This document shows positions 1 through 15,500 of a stretch of 64,000 nucleotides of DNA, piece after piece. The notes beneath the pieces are model-generated. The model did no database searches, was not told the origin of the DNA, and saw only the letters and a program-made list of their open reading frames with translations. Source of the DNA: Flaccisagitta enflata (taxonomy: Eukaryota); the NCBI GenBank assembly GCA_965153355.1, contig OZ231126.1, forward strand, positions 620,001-684,000, read 5' to 3'. How positions within the stretch are numbered: position 1 is the first letter of the stretch; every line of letters begins with the position of its first letter. Position numbers and translations under genes: made by a program.

Positions 1-482
1 CGTAAAATATACGCGTGACTGTTTTGACAATCAACCAACCGATCAATCAACCAACCGAGCTTTCAACCAACCAGCCGATCAATAAACCAACCGATCAACC
101 AACCGACCAACCGACCAATCAACCAACCAATCAACCAACCAACTATCCAACCAACCGATCAGTAAAACAACCGACCAACCAACCAACCGACCAATCAACC
201 AATCAACCAACCGACCAACCAAACGATGAATCAACCAACTGACTGGTTGGATACTCCCTGTAACTGTATGGTAACTGATTTGTAGCTATGAACCAGTTAC
301 AACATAGGTGAATGATTACTTTCCAGATAATAAGCAACCATTTTACCATTAAGCCATACAACGATTTATATATTTTGGCTGTTAAAGTAAATCACAATTA
401 ATCTATACCTGAAAACATTTGTTTTCTTTCTAAAGTCAAAATCTTGAATTCTGCCTGTTCTGGTGTTGGATGACTCACACAG

Positions 483-552
<70 letters not shown>

Positions 553-1224
553 GATCAAGCCAAACCAGATCTTTCAACAAAAGATGTTAGGTCGATTTCT
601 TTGTCAAAAAAATGATCACAATAAAGCAAAAACATTCAACTCAGGAAATTTGATTTATAATTTAACTCCAACGTGCAAATATCATACCAGAAGATGCACA
701 AGTTTTTAGCATCGCGGCCCAGTTGTGGTTGACCAAATGATCTGATTACTTGAATCTCATTATCGTATTAAACGGATGGTAAAACATGGGTCTCTGCTGC
801 TCAATTCAGCCAGCGTAAGTTTTAGAATTGTTATTTTTTAAAACCGTTTAGACACATTTTTACGCGCGATGTAATCTTCGCGGTTAGTCATAAAAATCAT
901 TTTGATACAATCCCGCATAATTGTTTTCTGACTGTTCCTTAACCGCACTTTTTTTCTCCAACTGGTTTTCAAAGTTTCAAACATTTAGTTCGTCATGCTT
1001 GGCGTCAGTTGAATCATGATGATTAACAAAATTGCTCTAGTTCATAAATCTAAGCCGTCAGGAAAAAAAATTCAAAATGTTTTTAGTGGTTTTCTGCTTC
1101 ACTTTCATTGTTGTTGTCATTGTGACTGTGGTTGTTAAAAACCGGATCAGGTTTGTATAAAATTAAGTTTGTTTTTTTGCTCGACCTTTGGTCCCCTGTT
1201 GGCTCGTATCCCAAAAAACTACCA

Positions 1225-1484
1225 TCAGCTCAAAAGCAGCCCCTTATTTTTCCTAATCAGCAGCCTTTTTCCTAATCAGCAGCCCTTTGTTTTTCCTAAT
1301 CAGCTCAAAAGCAGCCCCTTATTTTTCCTAATCAGCAGCCTTTTTCCTAATCAGCAGCCTTTTATTTTTCCTAATCAGCTCAAAAGCAGCCCCTTATTTT
1401 TCCTAATCAGCAGCCTTTTTCCTCATCAGCAGCCCCTTATTTTTCCTAATCAGCTCAAAAGCAGCCTCTTATTTTTCCAAATCA
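1225..1484. repeat. Higher-order minisatellite
   Basis: cagcagcc(ccttat)ttttcctaat subunits grouped in three-part units repeated about 3.5 times. Confidence 0.85.
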
Positions 1485-1636
1485 GTTCAGTTATCTTTAT
1501 ATCCTGAAGCTTAAGAAAAACACGATATGATTTTGAATATGTTTTTTTTCACAGTTGGCTTTTTTTGACATACACTTTTTATTTTTCATAAGCACGTCAT
1601 TATTGTTCTGAAGCCTTCAAAAGAGATAGAGATAGC

Positions 1637-2230
1637 TACTACAGGGTGTTCAATCTCAAAGTCGGGAAAGTAAAAAGCTTACATTTCTTAACGCTAAAGT
1701 CAGTGATTCAAGATTTCTTCATTTTATTATGTTAGATGTTTTAATGTAAACTTTTAAATTTAGTCTAAGCTTAAATAGTTTGTCCCACAACATCAATTTG
1801 AAGTAAAACAAGTATTAACAGTTGAAGCTCAAAAACTCATATCTTTATCAACATTGTTTTTCAATATTCTGCCTTAAATTTTCAAACGGCTTGATAATCG
1901 GGGCCATATTGGTCTCAGATGTAAACATCTTCAAATTATACTTAATTTGAGACCAATCTGACATTTCTACTTCAATTAGTTTAGAAATTAGCAATTTTAA
2001 GAAAAACTATCATGATTGAAATGAGAGTTTTTTAGCTCAAACTTTATATTCTTGTTTTACTTAAAATTGATGTTGTGGGCAAACTATTGAGGCTAGACCA
2101 ATGAAATTTTTATACAAAAAATGTAAACCATATTACTACCATCGAAAAATGATTTGAAATCACTGACTGGTTGCATTTAGAAATTGAAAGCTTTTACTTT
2201 TCCGACTTTGAGATTGAACACGGGGTAGTA
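1637..2230. mobile_element. Tc1/mariner-like MITE
   Basis: Long TIRs: tactacagggtgttcaatctcaaagtcgggaaagtaaaa versus ttttacttttccgactttgagattgaacacggggtagta. Confidence 0.75.
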
Positions 2231-3168
2231 AAACAACTACGATGTTCTTGATTTCTGAGCAATGTCAAGGCTTGATGTTCTTATGAAAGTTGAAACAACA
2301 TTGCCCTTATAAAAGGAGGCCGGAATTCTCCAATACAAAGGATGGGAAAGCTAACACGGCTTTCAATGGTGTTTACTCAGTTGCTCTGCTTTATCAACAC
2401 TGTGCTGACAAACAAAAAAACTTACCAAACAATACTATCAGCTTGACTGCATGCCTCATTAGTATAGGGTTGGACAGGCCCACCTGCAGTTAATCTGCCA
2501 AATAACAAAATTTACAATCAAAGATTACTAATGTACTGATGGAAGTACTGACACTAGCAATATTGATTAGAAAACCATACCTTTAGAGGCAAGAATCGAG
2601 GTACGTCAACTGGGACCGCCGGCATTCTTTACCAAATTCACCAATGCCATGAAAGTTGAAACAACGTGCCATATAAAAAGGTGAGGTCTCAATATACTAA
2701 ACTAAACAATATACTATATACTATATACTATACTAAACAATATAATAAACTAGGTTCTCATAAAAAATAAAAAGTTTACTACAAGCGACATTCACATCAA
2801 ACTGATGCGCATTCTCGACTCAGTTCATTTTATTTCGATGTCCAATTGAATTTTTTTTTTTTGTTCACATCTTTAGATGCGTCCTTGCATCTCTATAATT
2901 GGCTGTGTCCGTTGGTCTGTTGGTCGGTCGGTCTGTTGGTTAGTAACGCATTCATTGAAAACATCAAAATCGTGCATTTTTTCAACAGAAAAGTAGTTCT
3001 AACCCATTCATAAATGACATTCATTCATAAAAAATCATTCATTCATAAAAAAACATTCATTCATAAAAAACATTCTTTCATAAAAAAACATTCATTCAAA
3101 GAGGACGCATCGTTGGCCTACTTGGCCTTGTTTTCTTTTTGCTTCAACTCCATTTTCGTACTGCACAG

Positions 3169-3328
3169 AGTCGAGGATGAAGGAGACGTCGGAGTTGATG
3201 TTGGAGTTGATCCTGGTTTTGGTTCGGTTGATGAACGAAATTCACCTCTCAAATTTGCGGCATTTAATATCCAAATCTTTGGCAAGAAGAAAATGCAACA
3301 ACAAGACATTGTCGATGTTCTAGTCAAG
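3169..3328 (+). CDS. DNase I-family N-terminal exon (isolated)
   Basis: Encodes ...SPLKFAAFNIQIFGKKKMQQQDIVDVLVK, matching the mature N-terminus of DNase I (LKIAAFNIxxFGxxKM...). Pyrimidine-rich acceptor ending cacag at 3168 (a second AG at 3169-3170 is also possible). Strong phase-0 donor AAG|gtaaga at 3328/3329. Confidence 0.8.
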
Positions 3329-3362
3329 GTAAGACAACAGTTACAACAACAACAATAACATT

Positions 3363-3420
<58 letters not shown>

Positions 3421-6400
3421 GCAACAACAACAACAGCAATGGGCGCACAACAACAGCAATAAAATGACAAACAATGTGTAGCCTGTAGCAACAGCAACAG
3501 CAAACAACAACCGCAACAGCAACAGCAACAACAGCAGCAACAACCAGCAGCAGCAACAGCAACAACAACAACAGCAGCAACCTTGACGACGCAATGCTTA
3601 ACCAACAGCAGCAACTGACTTAGCGACAGCAAACAACAGCCAAACAGCCGAACCAACCAATAGCGACAACGCCGTCATGTAGCAGCAACAGCAGCAACGC
3701 CAATGTAAACGTAACAGCAACAACAACAACAACAACAATAATAATGACTTAGTAACAACAGCAACAAAACAACAACAACAACAACAGCAAGTAGCAACAA
3801 AAGCAACAATGTAACAACATAAAACAAACAACAGCAACGACGACAACAACAACAACAACAATGGCAACTACCGACGTGACAACAACAGCCGACGTGACAG
3901 CAACGACAACAACAATAACAACAACAACAACAACAACTACAGCAACAACAACATCAACAACAACCAACATCGTGACAACAACAACAACAACAACAAGGAC
4001 AACAACAGGAACAACCATTGACAACAAAAACAACCACAATCACAATCACAACCACAACAACAACAACAACCACAACCAGTGACAACATAATGCAATTTCT
4101 TTGAATGCAAATATTCTTCGGGTAGGGTTTAACCCTGATCGATGAAAACAAGTGACGCGGGGTCACAATATTGTTGCGGACGGGTGGGCAGGGGCAGCCA
4201 TCCCCCATCCACACCCAACGCCCCTCCCAACGCCCCTTTCAACACAGACACATACACAAACAACTTCTGAAACACTCGTTTTCCCGCTTTTCTTCACGTG
4301 CACACCAACGGACAGACAAAGCCTCTTATAGAGTTGCGTGTCCGCAACTAAAAATATTCAATGCATATCTGATAACTGAAGTTGATTTAGAGTAACTGAA
4401 TACCGGTGGAATCTTGATTCTATTTACTTTTCTCATTGCCTTTTGCCGAGAATCTTTGCTTCTTCCTAAAAGTAAAACTAAAAGACCCAAATTGAGAAAA
4501 GTTCTCTTTTCCACGCAAAAATCTTCTCAAATCTTGTAGTTATGACGGCTTACTTCCAAAGGCAACATTTGTGTTTCAACGGGGGCTAAAATCAAAAATT
4601 AAAAATGAATAAAACTGGATGATTATACTAAAATAATCATTGAAACATTTAAACAGTTATTATTTAAACAGTTATTATTCTATTATTTTATTATTTTATT
4701 GCAAAATTTGCATAAAATCATGAAACAGAACCAAATATTGGAAAAGTTGATTAAGAAAATATATTGCAAATTACAGAAGATCTCATATTTGGTCACTGAC
4801 AGGGGGCCCGTTTAAATTCTAAGATTGCATAGAAAATGAAACAAAAAGGAGTGAGAGCAGGGCAGCAGCCCCAAAGGGTCGATACCCTGTAGGACACAGG
4901 GGTGAATTTCAAGATGTCCTGAGGAGGAATATATCAGGCCTAAGGAGACAGGGGGGGGATTGAAGGTAGATTTTAGATCTGGAGGGCAGATTTGAGGTAT
5001 GAAGGACAGGCTTGAGGCCTAAAGGGCGGATTTGAAGCCTGGAGAGCTGATTTGAGGTCTGAAGCGTAGATTTGAGGACCAAAGAGCTGATTTTAGGCCA
5101 GAAGGGCTGATTTAAGGTCATAAGGGCAGCTTTGAGGTTTTAAGGGCTGAATTGAGGCCAGGGAGGGCTAATTTGAGGACTCAGAGGGCCAAATTTAGGC
5201 CTGGGAGTTCTGATTTGAGGACCAACGAGGGGGGGGTGGATGGACAGATGGACATCTGGAAATCCACCCCTGTGTTCTACAGGAAATCGGCCCATTGGGG
5301 CCGCTGCCAAAAAAGTAAAGGAGGTTTTGGGAAGGCGGGAGGTGGAGGAGGGTATGAACAGGTCGCCCAAGGGCAATATGTGGTCAGCGATGCTCGTTGC
5401 CTCTGCTTCTTTGAGTGATTGTGAATTGGAGTGAGGGGAAGGTAAGAAGGCCCAGCGACGAAGTCCTGTAGAACACAGGGGACTTTCTGTCTGCCCTACC
5501 CAGCATGGGAGGATGCTATAGAGGGCTGGGACTGAAGACACTCAACAGCCTAAACTGAGGTCTAAGAAGGCTGAGAGTGCCAATGGGATTTGAGGCTTGA
5601 GAGAGCTAGGATTAAGGCTTGAAAGGCCAGAGTGGACTGATTTGAAGCCTGGGAGCAATAAGTTGAGGTTTATGGCTGATTTGAGGCCTGAGGGGCCTAA
5701 TGTGAGGCAGTAGAGGCCAGGTTTGAGGCCTGAGCATTTGGATTTGAGGCCTGAGAATTTGGATTTGAGGCCTGAGAGGCCAGATTTGAGGCCTGAGAGG
5801 CCAGATTTGAGGCCTGGGAGGCTGGATTTGAGACCTGAGAGGCTGGATTTGAGGCCTGAGAGGCCAGATTTGAGGCCTGAGGGGTCTGATGAAGGGGGGG
5901 ACTAACGAACGGACGGACGGACGGACGGACGAACGTGACGCAACGGGACAAACAAAGTCCCCTGTGTTCTACTAGACTTTGTCCTCTTCTTGGCCGCTGC
6001 CCAAAAGGGAAGGGAGGGGAAGAGAAGGAAGAAGGTGGGAAAGAGAAGGAGGTCGAGGCAAGGAAATGGAAGAGAAGGTAGTAGGAAGAAAAGGTAGTAG
6101 GCATAGGAAGGGAAGTGACTGAATGTATACAAATGAAGAGGATGAGAGGAAAGAGAGGAGTGGGAAGATGTGAGGATGTGATGTCAGAGGATAGGAGGAA
6201 GGAGAGGAGAAGGAAAGCGTGTATGGAAGAGAAAGAGAGAGGATGGGACGGGGGGTAGGTGGACTGGAAGAATAAGAAGTTGGGAATTATAGAGGATGGG
6301 GCAAAGGAGTGAAAGGGTGGAGGATGTAATGGGTAGTAAGGTGGGATGGTGAGATAGCGATGAAAGAGCGGAAGGCAAGGAGTATGTGTCAAGGGCAACG

Positions 6401-9205
6401 GATTGCGTAGAAAATTCGGAAACCCGTTTTTTGTCACGTTTTGCTATTCCCCAATAGCATCAAAGACACTATAGTTACGATTTTTGCATATAACGACTTC
6501 GTTTCTGGTCGTTACGGTCTATTTAAAGCTATATAAAGCTATCAAAAGCTATCATAAGCTATCATAAGCTATCAAAAGCTATCAAAAGCTTTTTACAACT
6601 ATTTGAAGCTATTTGAAGCTATTCATAGCTATTTAAAGCTAGTTAATGAACATAAAACGAAATATCTGTGTCTGTCTGTCTGTCTCTCTGTCTGCCTGTC
6701 TGTCTCACTGTTTCTCTGTAGTTATTTCTCTATGTGATCATTTCAGCATTTATGTCACGTCAATGTTATTGAATCTCATGTTAAGCATGTTGGAGTATGA
6801 TTGATCATTTTCAAACTTTGGTCATTTTCTATCAAAACATTCTTGATAAAAAGAATTGAAAAATGAAAAGTAAAAAATAAAAAATGAAAAATAAAAATAA
6901 AAAATGAAAAAAAAAATGTGAAATGTGAAATGTGGAATGTGAAAAATGAAAAGTGAAAAATGAAAAGTAAGGAATAAAAAGTAAACAGTAAAAAGTAAAA
7001 ATTGAAAAATGGAAAATGAAAAGTGAACAAAATCATTATTGATAGTGAACATATTATATAACATTTTTTTCTATTCTTAGTTTTTTTTCAAATGATCACA
7101 AAAAATCCATAATGAGTAAAAAAGATGAACAAAAAGTGACAGCAATGACAATAATAATAACGCCTCAAATAACGCCATATAGACGCCAAAATGGCGTTAC
7201 GTTGCCATGGAGAATACCGGAAATGGCGTTACTACAGAAGTCGTTATGCAATGGGTTGGTCAAGGGAAGAGAAGGGAAATAAGAGAGAGATGATGCGAGA
7301 GAAGTTGGGAGAGGTGATAGGGAAATAGATGGGATCGGAGCATGAGAAGAAATAGAGAAGAATGCGATGAGGGCAGAGAGGAAGATTGGGAGGATGTGAA
7401 AAGAATAACAGGGAAAATGAGGAAGGGGGAGTGAGATGGGAGGGCAGAGAGGAAGATTGGGAGGATGTGAAAGGAATAACAGGGAAAATGGGGAAGGGGG
7501 GAGTGAGATGAGAGGGCAATTTAATTTTGCCTCAGAAAAAGGCACAGAATAAGAAAACAAGGCCAACACCTATAAGTCGCGTGCGACACTTTCTGACTTA
7601 GAATGTCTTAGAATGCCTGTAAGAATGACTTAAAATGACTCTGAATGACCTAAAATGACTTAAAATGGCTAACAAGGACTTAAAATGATGGAATGACCTA
7701 TTGACCAAAAATGACTGAGAGTGACTTAAAATGACTTAAAGTGACTTAAAATGACTTAGAATGACTTAGAATGACTTAAAATGCCTTAAAATTACTTAGA
7801 ATGACTTAAAATAACTTAAAGAAATAAAAGTGATAAAAAAAGTAAAGTGTGACCGACCGATCAACCAACCAACCAACCGATCAACCGACCAACCAACCGA
7901 CCCACTGACGGACAAAGCGGAGTGTAGAAAAGCGTGCACGCGACTAAAAAATGGAGGCAGGCCCAAAGGAAGGAAGAGATGGGAAAAAGAAGATTTTCTG
8001 GGAAGACAATTTTGAACGAATGTTGTTTATGATGGTTGAGATCACAATATTGTGTATGTAATAAGATTAAGCATACCGACTAAAAAAAAAAAAAAAAAAA
8101 AAAAAACAAGAGAGAAAGAAAACAAGGCTGGATACACGGCTGGCCAAGTCGCGTGCGGGTGGGTAGGGGCAGTGATGAAATAGACCAGCTAGGCAGTTGG
8201 GCAGGAGCTGTATCCCCAAAACCCCCTGTAAACGTCAAAAAAGCAAAGTGTCACAGACCAACCGACCGACAGACGGACAGACAGACAGAGTGGGTTGAAG
8301 AGTCGCGCACGGGACTAAAAAAAGAAAAAAAGAAAAAGAGGACGGGAAAACAAAGAAACAAAGAAAAACAACAATGACTGTACAGAGTCGTAGAAAGGGC
8401 AATGATCGATCCTTTTCAGTTACTTTATCCTTGACCACATGTACAACAATATTGAAACTTGATTGGCTGTCTTGAATAATCTTATTACAGGACAGCCAAT
8501 CAAGTAAGCCCGTCATGATTTGATAGAAAGTTCCAATGGAAAAACGCCAATCTAACAGACAGAAACGCAAATTGCTTTCTTCTCACTCAAGAATGGATCA
8601 TTCCTTAACCAAGGCAAATTATTCACTTTGCTCATTGTTTAACCAATTGTATTCAGTTATACATGAGGTAGCGAGTAACGTATGTTCCATGATTAGGCGG
8701 AAAAAATAATGAAGCACTGAAAGTATGAAAACCACACTCCTAGTCGGCCTATTGTGATAAAATTTGAAATAAAGTAGCCTAAAGGTATTGTGACACTCAA
8801 GTGAAACATGGAAACTGGGTCAGCTAAAAATAAGTTTTTAATGCTTTTAAAGCTTAAGTATTTTTCAGCCAAATTGCGGGACATGTGTCAAACAACAGCA
8901 CAAAACGACCACAAGCTAAAAATGTTAAATGTGAAAGTGTCAAGCAGTCGCCAGCAGCTTTACCTATCACCATCCGTTACCAAAGGATGGAATATGCCCT
9001 GCTGATGAGGAGTGGACAAGTAGGAAGAGATGTTAGTCAATTAAGGGGTAGTCGAGAGGGAGGGAGTGGGGTAATGAAGAAAGAGTAAAGAAGGAGGAGG
9101 AAGAGAAGAAAGAGGAAGAGAAGCAGGTGAATAAAGTGGAAGTGGAAAAGTATGAGGGAGGGGGGGGGGGGGAAGAAGGAGGAGTAAAGAAGAAGGAAGG
9201 GAATT

Positions 9206-9320
<115 letters not shown>

Positions 9321-10032
9321 AAAAACAGTCAGAAAGACAGACAGATAGACAGAAAGCCAGTTAGGCGACCAGACAGGGCGATGGGGAAAGAAAGAGAGTA
9401 ATAAAAAGTGGCAAAGTTTTTATGACTGGTTCCTTCCTTGATTCTCTTTATGAGCTGTCTTTTTTTTTCATCTCCTACTTCCTAAACTTCTTCTTTGTCC
9501 TCTTCTTTTTTTCTTTTCCTTTTCCTTTTTCTTTTTCTTTACTTCCTTTTCCTTTCTTCTTCTTCTTCTTCTTCTTCTTCTTCTTCTTCTTCTTCTTCTT
9601 CTTCTTCTTCTTCTTCTTCTTCTTCTTCACCTAGAGAGGATCAGTCCTTCGGATGCTCATTCATCAGTTTGTGTAACAGTCCCGTTCATGTGCGGGGTCT
9701 CATGAACGCATTCATTGGCAAGATATCTATCTATATCTGTATTGGAGAATGGACATAAAGGTTACTAGACTTATTGACCAAGCGAAGGATGAGCGAAGAG
9801 ACGGTAGAATGCAGATGTAAAAGGGAGATGGCCACGCGGATATAGATGATAATGAATTGTTATTGTATGTTTGTTAACTGGATATATACTAGACGTGTGC
9901 AACACTGTGAAAGGCCTGTTGTAACAACGGAGAAGCGATACACTCATATATAATGATGGAAGAAAAACGTATGCGATCGTAACACCACTACAAAACAACG
10001 ATAATCCACGCGTAACTAGTTAATGTGAGTCC

Positions 10033-10064
<32 letters not shown>

Positions 10065-12572
10065 CTTCTTCTTCTTTTTCTTTTCTTTTTCTTTTTCTTT
10101 TTCTTCTTCTTCTTCTTCTTCTTCTTCTTCTTCTTTCTTCTTCTTCCTCTTTCTTCTTCTTCTTCTTCCTCGTTCTTTTTCTCTTTCTCTCTCTTTCTTT
10201 CTCTTTCTTTCTTTCTTCTTCTTCTTCTTCTTCTTCTTCTTCTTCTTCTTCCTCTCTTCTTTCTTTCTTCTTTCTTTTCCTTCTTCTTTTTCTTCTTCTT
10301 TCTTCTTTCTTCTTTCTTTCTTCTTTCTTTCTTCTTTCTTTCTTCTTTCTTTCTTCTTCTTTCTTCTTCTTCTTCTTCTTCTTCTTCTTCTTCTTCGTTA
10401 TTAACTTTGCCTTCGTCTTTTTCTACGTCTTCTTTTTTTTCATCATTTTCCTCTTCTTCTTGTTCCTCTTTTTTCTTTCTTCTTCTTCTTTCTCCTCTTT
10501 TCCTTCTTTGTCATTAATCTTTTTGCACAAAATTGAGTATGGTGACTTCCTCCTGCTAACGTTGAAGCATTTCAAGAAACCAAGCGGTTGTTTTTGTCAA
10601 ATGTGAAGTTTTATTATACAATGTGCATTACTGCCCCTGCCCACCCCTACGTGCCTGGAGCAGCTTTGTTTCAAGTCTGGTATTCGTTTACTTTGCCTTT
10701 CTTTTGCTTTCTTCTTGTTCTTGTGTCGTCCGCCGGCAATGCGCCCTCTCTTGGGATGCATAATAATCGCGACTAACATCTGATATTCTCTTGTCTAGCA
10801 TCTCTTTTGCATCTTCTCTACTTTTTCACTGTGGGATACATTTCTTTATTTGTGGTTAATAGAAAAGGCAAAACAAGATCCAGATGAAGAAGAAACTAGA
10901 TAGCCTAAAAAATAGGAAATGAAATGAAATAGATTTGACATAAAACCCAACAGATTCGAAATGACAGATGACAAATGACAGATTTCTTCAAGAACAGATA
11001 TAAGGTAATAGATTAAAATGGAATACAAGTGAAATTAGAAAGAGATCTGAAAAAAAAACAAATTAGTCCTAGCCAGAGCATCTAATAACAGGCCATTAAA
11101 AAACAAGGCTAACACCTTTAAGTCGCGTGCGAAACTTACATAATTACTTAATTACATAAACACATAAGTAAAATCACTCTCATTAAATTTAATTGACATA
11201 AGATGACTTTAACTGATTCAGAATGACCTAAAATGACTTAATATGACCTGAATTGACTTGAATTGACCTAAAATGGCTAAAATGACTTAAAATGATGTTA
11301 AATGACTTAAATTAACCTAGAATGACTTAAATTGAATATAACTGACCTAGATTAACTTAAAATTTACCTAAAATCACTAAAATGATGAAAAAATGAAATG
11401 ATTCAAATTGACTTAGAATGACCATAAATAACTTAAAATGGCCTTTTTTGACTTTAAATGACCTGATTGACTTAAAAAGAGTTAGTAGGAATAAAACGAG
11501 CCACGTCGACAGTTTGACTACAAATATGAAGCTATGATTCGGAAAAATCCCTTCCCGAGTCGCGTTCGGTGATCATGCTATGATCTCAGAGTTTCCTGCA
11601 TACGAGACATACTTGGGTGGTCTGCCTGCCTATCCACAGCGCACGCGTGCAGAGGTTGCGCGATAGGCTCCTTAGTTTTGGAAGCTTTGGTGACCTATGA
11701 TTGCACAGTTCGTACAGGGATATCTATTTAACCGTCTCTCCGTTTTATGGCCCCATTTTGCCCCCCCCCCCTTCCCTCGAAGGCCCTGGATCACGCCTCT
11801 TACGGCCCCAATCCTGGTTTGGAAATATGGAGGGCCCAGAAAGCCTCAAATGAGACCTCTACAGCCATTACTGGTCACATTTCAGACCTCCCTTCAAAAT
11901 CAGCCTCTTTACCATCAAATCAGTCGGTAACCTTCTCAGACCCAAAGTTAGCTGTCCAAGTCTTTTAATCAGCCTTGCCGAACCTCAGATTAGCCTCCGT
12001 AGATCTCAAACCAGCTCCTCAAGGCTTCAAATTGGCGTCTCCGCCTGATACCAGCCCTCTCACACTCAAGATTGTCAAAGTTCCCTGCCAACATCCCATC
12101 AACCTGTAGATAACTTAAAGTGATCATTTAAATTTTATCACTCCCAACAAAAGGTGTTGGGGCTGTTGATTAGAAATGAACCTAAATGCAGGACCGACAT
12201 AATAACCAAAAAAAAAAAACGTGATTTGTGAATGAGCCAAAAAGCAACTCAAAACCGGAGAAGAAATTTAATCTAGAATGAAAAACTCCTTTGACAAAAC
12301 ATTTGTCTTTTGTTCTTGTCTGAAAAATTCCCTTTTTGATTTGTTTATCTAGTGTTGCGTTTCGGGATCAATCAGCATGTTGTGGTAAAAATAGCATCGA
12401 CTTTGAATCATTTTCTTGGCATACTATGGAGGTTGATATTTGTTGCATGTCATAATTTTGTTAAAAGCTGCGCAACGAAGTGTTGAGATATATTTCATAG
12501 AAAATCAGAAAGTAATTGTGTTCCACGATAGTGGAACACTAAAGTTCCACAGTTTTCTCCGTGAGTGCATAC

Positions 12573-15500
12573 GTCTGTCACACACTCTAGCAATCTCCAA
12601 TGTCTGTCACTGAACCCAGAATTCTCCAATGTCCGTCACTCAACCCAGAGTTCTCCAAATGTCTGCCACACCACCCAGTTATCTCCAAATGTCTGTCACA
12701 CCACCCAGTATTCTCCAAATATCTGTCACACCACCCAGTTTTTTCCAATGTCTGTTACGCTATCCAGATTGCTCCTGTGTCTGTCACACAACCCAAAATT
12801 CTCCAATGTCTGTCACACAATCCAAGATTCTCCGATGTCTGTCACAAAACCTAAGATTCTCCAATGTCTGTCACACAACCCAAGATTCTCCGATGTCTGT
12901 CACACAACCCATGATTCTCCAATGTCTGTCACACAACCCATGATTCTCCGATGTCTGTCACACAACCCAGAGTTCTCCAAATGTCTGTCACACCACCCAG
13001 TTTTCTCCAAATGTCTGTCACACCACCCAGTATTCTCCGAATGTCCGTCACACCACCTAGTTTTCTCCAATGTCTGTCACGCCAGCCAGATTTCTCCTAT
13101 GTCTGTCACACAACCCAAAATTCTCCAATGTGTGTCACACAACCCAAGGTTCTCCGATGTCTGTCACAAAACCTAAGAATCTCCAATGTCTGTCACACAA
13201 CCCATGATTCTCCAATGTCTGTCACACAACCCAGAGTTCTCCAAATGTCTGTCACACCACCCAGTTTTCTCCAAATGTCCGTCAACCCAAAATTCTCCAG
13301 TATCTGTCAAACAATCCAAGACACTCCAATCTCAGTCACACAATTCAAAATTCTCAAAATGTCTGTCACACCACCCAGTCTTCTCTGAATGTCTGACACA
13401 CTGCCCAGTATTCTCTGAATGTCCGTCACACCACCCAATTTTCTCCTATGTCTGTCACGCTATCCAGATTTCTCCTATGTCTGTCACACGACCCAAAATT
13501 CTCCAATGTCTGTCACACAACCCAAAATTCTCCGATGTCTGTCACACAACCCAAGATTCTCCAATGTCTGTCACACAACCCAAGATTCTCAGATGTCTGT
13601 CACACAACCCAAGATTTTCCGATGTCTGTCACACAACCCAAGATTCTTGAATGTCTGTCACAAAACCCAAAGTTCTCCTTTGTCTGTCACACAACCCAAA
13701 ATTCTCCAGTATCTGTCAAACAATCCAAGATTCTCCAATGTCTGTCGCACAACTAAAAATTCTCAAATGTCTGTCACACCACCCAGTTTTATTAGAATGT
13801 CTGTCACACTACCCAGTATTCTCTGAATGTCCGTCACACCACCCAGTTTTCTGTGATGTTTGTCATGCTATCCAGATTTCTCCTATGTCTGTCACACAAC
13901 CCAAAATTCTCCAATGTCTGTTTCACAACTCAAAATTCTTCGAGTGTCTGTCACACAACCCAAAATTATCCAATGTCTGTCACACAACCCAAAATTCTCT
14001 TATGTCTGTCACATAACCCAAAATTCTCCAATGTCTGTCTTACAGCCCAGAACTTTTTAAATGTCTGTCACAGAACCCAAAATTCTCCAAATGTCTGTCA
14101 CACAACCCAAAATTCTCTGTCTGTCACACAACCCAAAATTCTCCAAATGTCTGTCACACAATCCAAGATTCTTTAATGTCTTTCACACAACCCAAAATTC
14201 TCCAATGTCTGTTCCACAACTCAAAATTCTTCGAGTGTCTGTCACACAACCCAAAATTATCCAATGTCTGTCACACAACCCAAAATTCTCTTATGTCTGT
14301 CACATAACCCAAAATTCTCCAATGTCTGTCTTACAGCCCAGAACTTTTTAATTGTCTGTCACAGAACCCAAAATTCTCCGAATGTCTGTCACACAACCCA
14401 AAATTCTCTGTCTGTCACACAACCCAAAATTCTCCAAATGTCTGTCACACAATCCAAGATTCTTTAATGTCTTTCACACAACCCAGAATTCTATAGTGTC
14501 TGTCACACAACCCAAAATTCTCCAATATCTGTCACAGAGATAGTCCGCCAGCGAATTTGGGGGTGTTCATCAACGGGGAATGAACGCATGTTGCTGAACG
14601 ATGCTATAGAACTGTTCATGAACGACTAAAAATAGGCTCTTGGCAAACAATTTTGTTCATGGAGGGCCCAAAAAGACCTGTTTATGAACGACCGTTCATT
14701 GAGGGGTAAAAAAGCCGTTGCTGAACAGGAAAAAAATACACTCCATCAATAGTTTTGTTGGTGGAGTGGGTTTTTTACCTGTTCATGACACATGCTCATC
14801 TGGCTGTTAAAGAACAGCAAAAAAAAGTTTTTTGATAACAGTTTTGAGCATCTAGTTTAATCTAACAAAGAGTTCATTAAAGGAACTTTTTTGACTCTTT
14901 ATGAATGGCTGGGTTAAAAGATATTTTGTTAGAGATGAAATGATCTTAAGACTATGTTCATCAATACTGCTTTTTGGCTGTTCATGAATAGCAAAATTTC
15001 ATTGAATGGAAAAAAAATCCAGTGATTGAGTGAACCTTTTATGGGCACATATGAAAGAGATTTTTTTGTCATAAATGGATTAAACTTGACACTAACTTCA
15101 TAATTCTTAAACCATAAATTATGCTTATCTGGCTGTTCACGAAATACAAAATATTACCTTTTGTTGGACAGTTTTGTTCATTGAGTAGATAAATGTTACA
15201 GTGATGACTGAAGTTAATACACATTCGGTATGAAGATATTTTATCATAAGTGGAGTTAATTACCACTCTACCAACAAAATTATTGGTGGAGTGGATTTTT
15301 TAGCCGTTCATGAACGCGGTTTTTATGGCCCTCTCTGAACAAAATCGTTGGGCAAAGGTCTCTTCCATTGTGTTCATCAACATCTGTATGGCATTGTTGC
15401 TGAACAGGCGTTCATTCCCCGTTGCTGAACGCACCCAAATTCGCTGGCGGACTACCTGCTGTCACACAACTCAAAATTTTCCAATGTCTGTCACGCGACC

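Noticed and set aside
12565-14543. Many overlapping MSVTQPKILQ-type ORFs, and a CRISPR-like look
   Set aside because: All frames are open because of a stop-poor 27-28 bp satellite. There are no unique spacers and no cas genes, and the context is eukaryotic.
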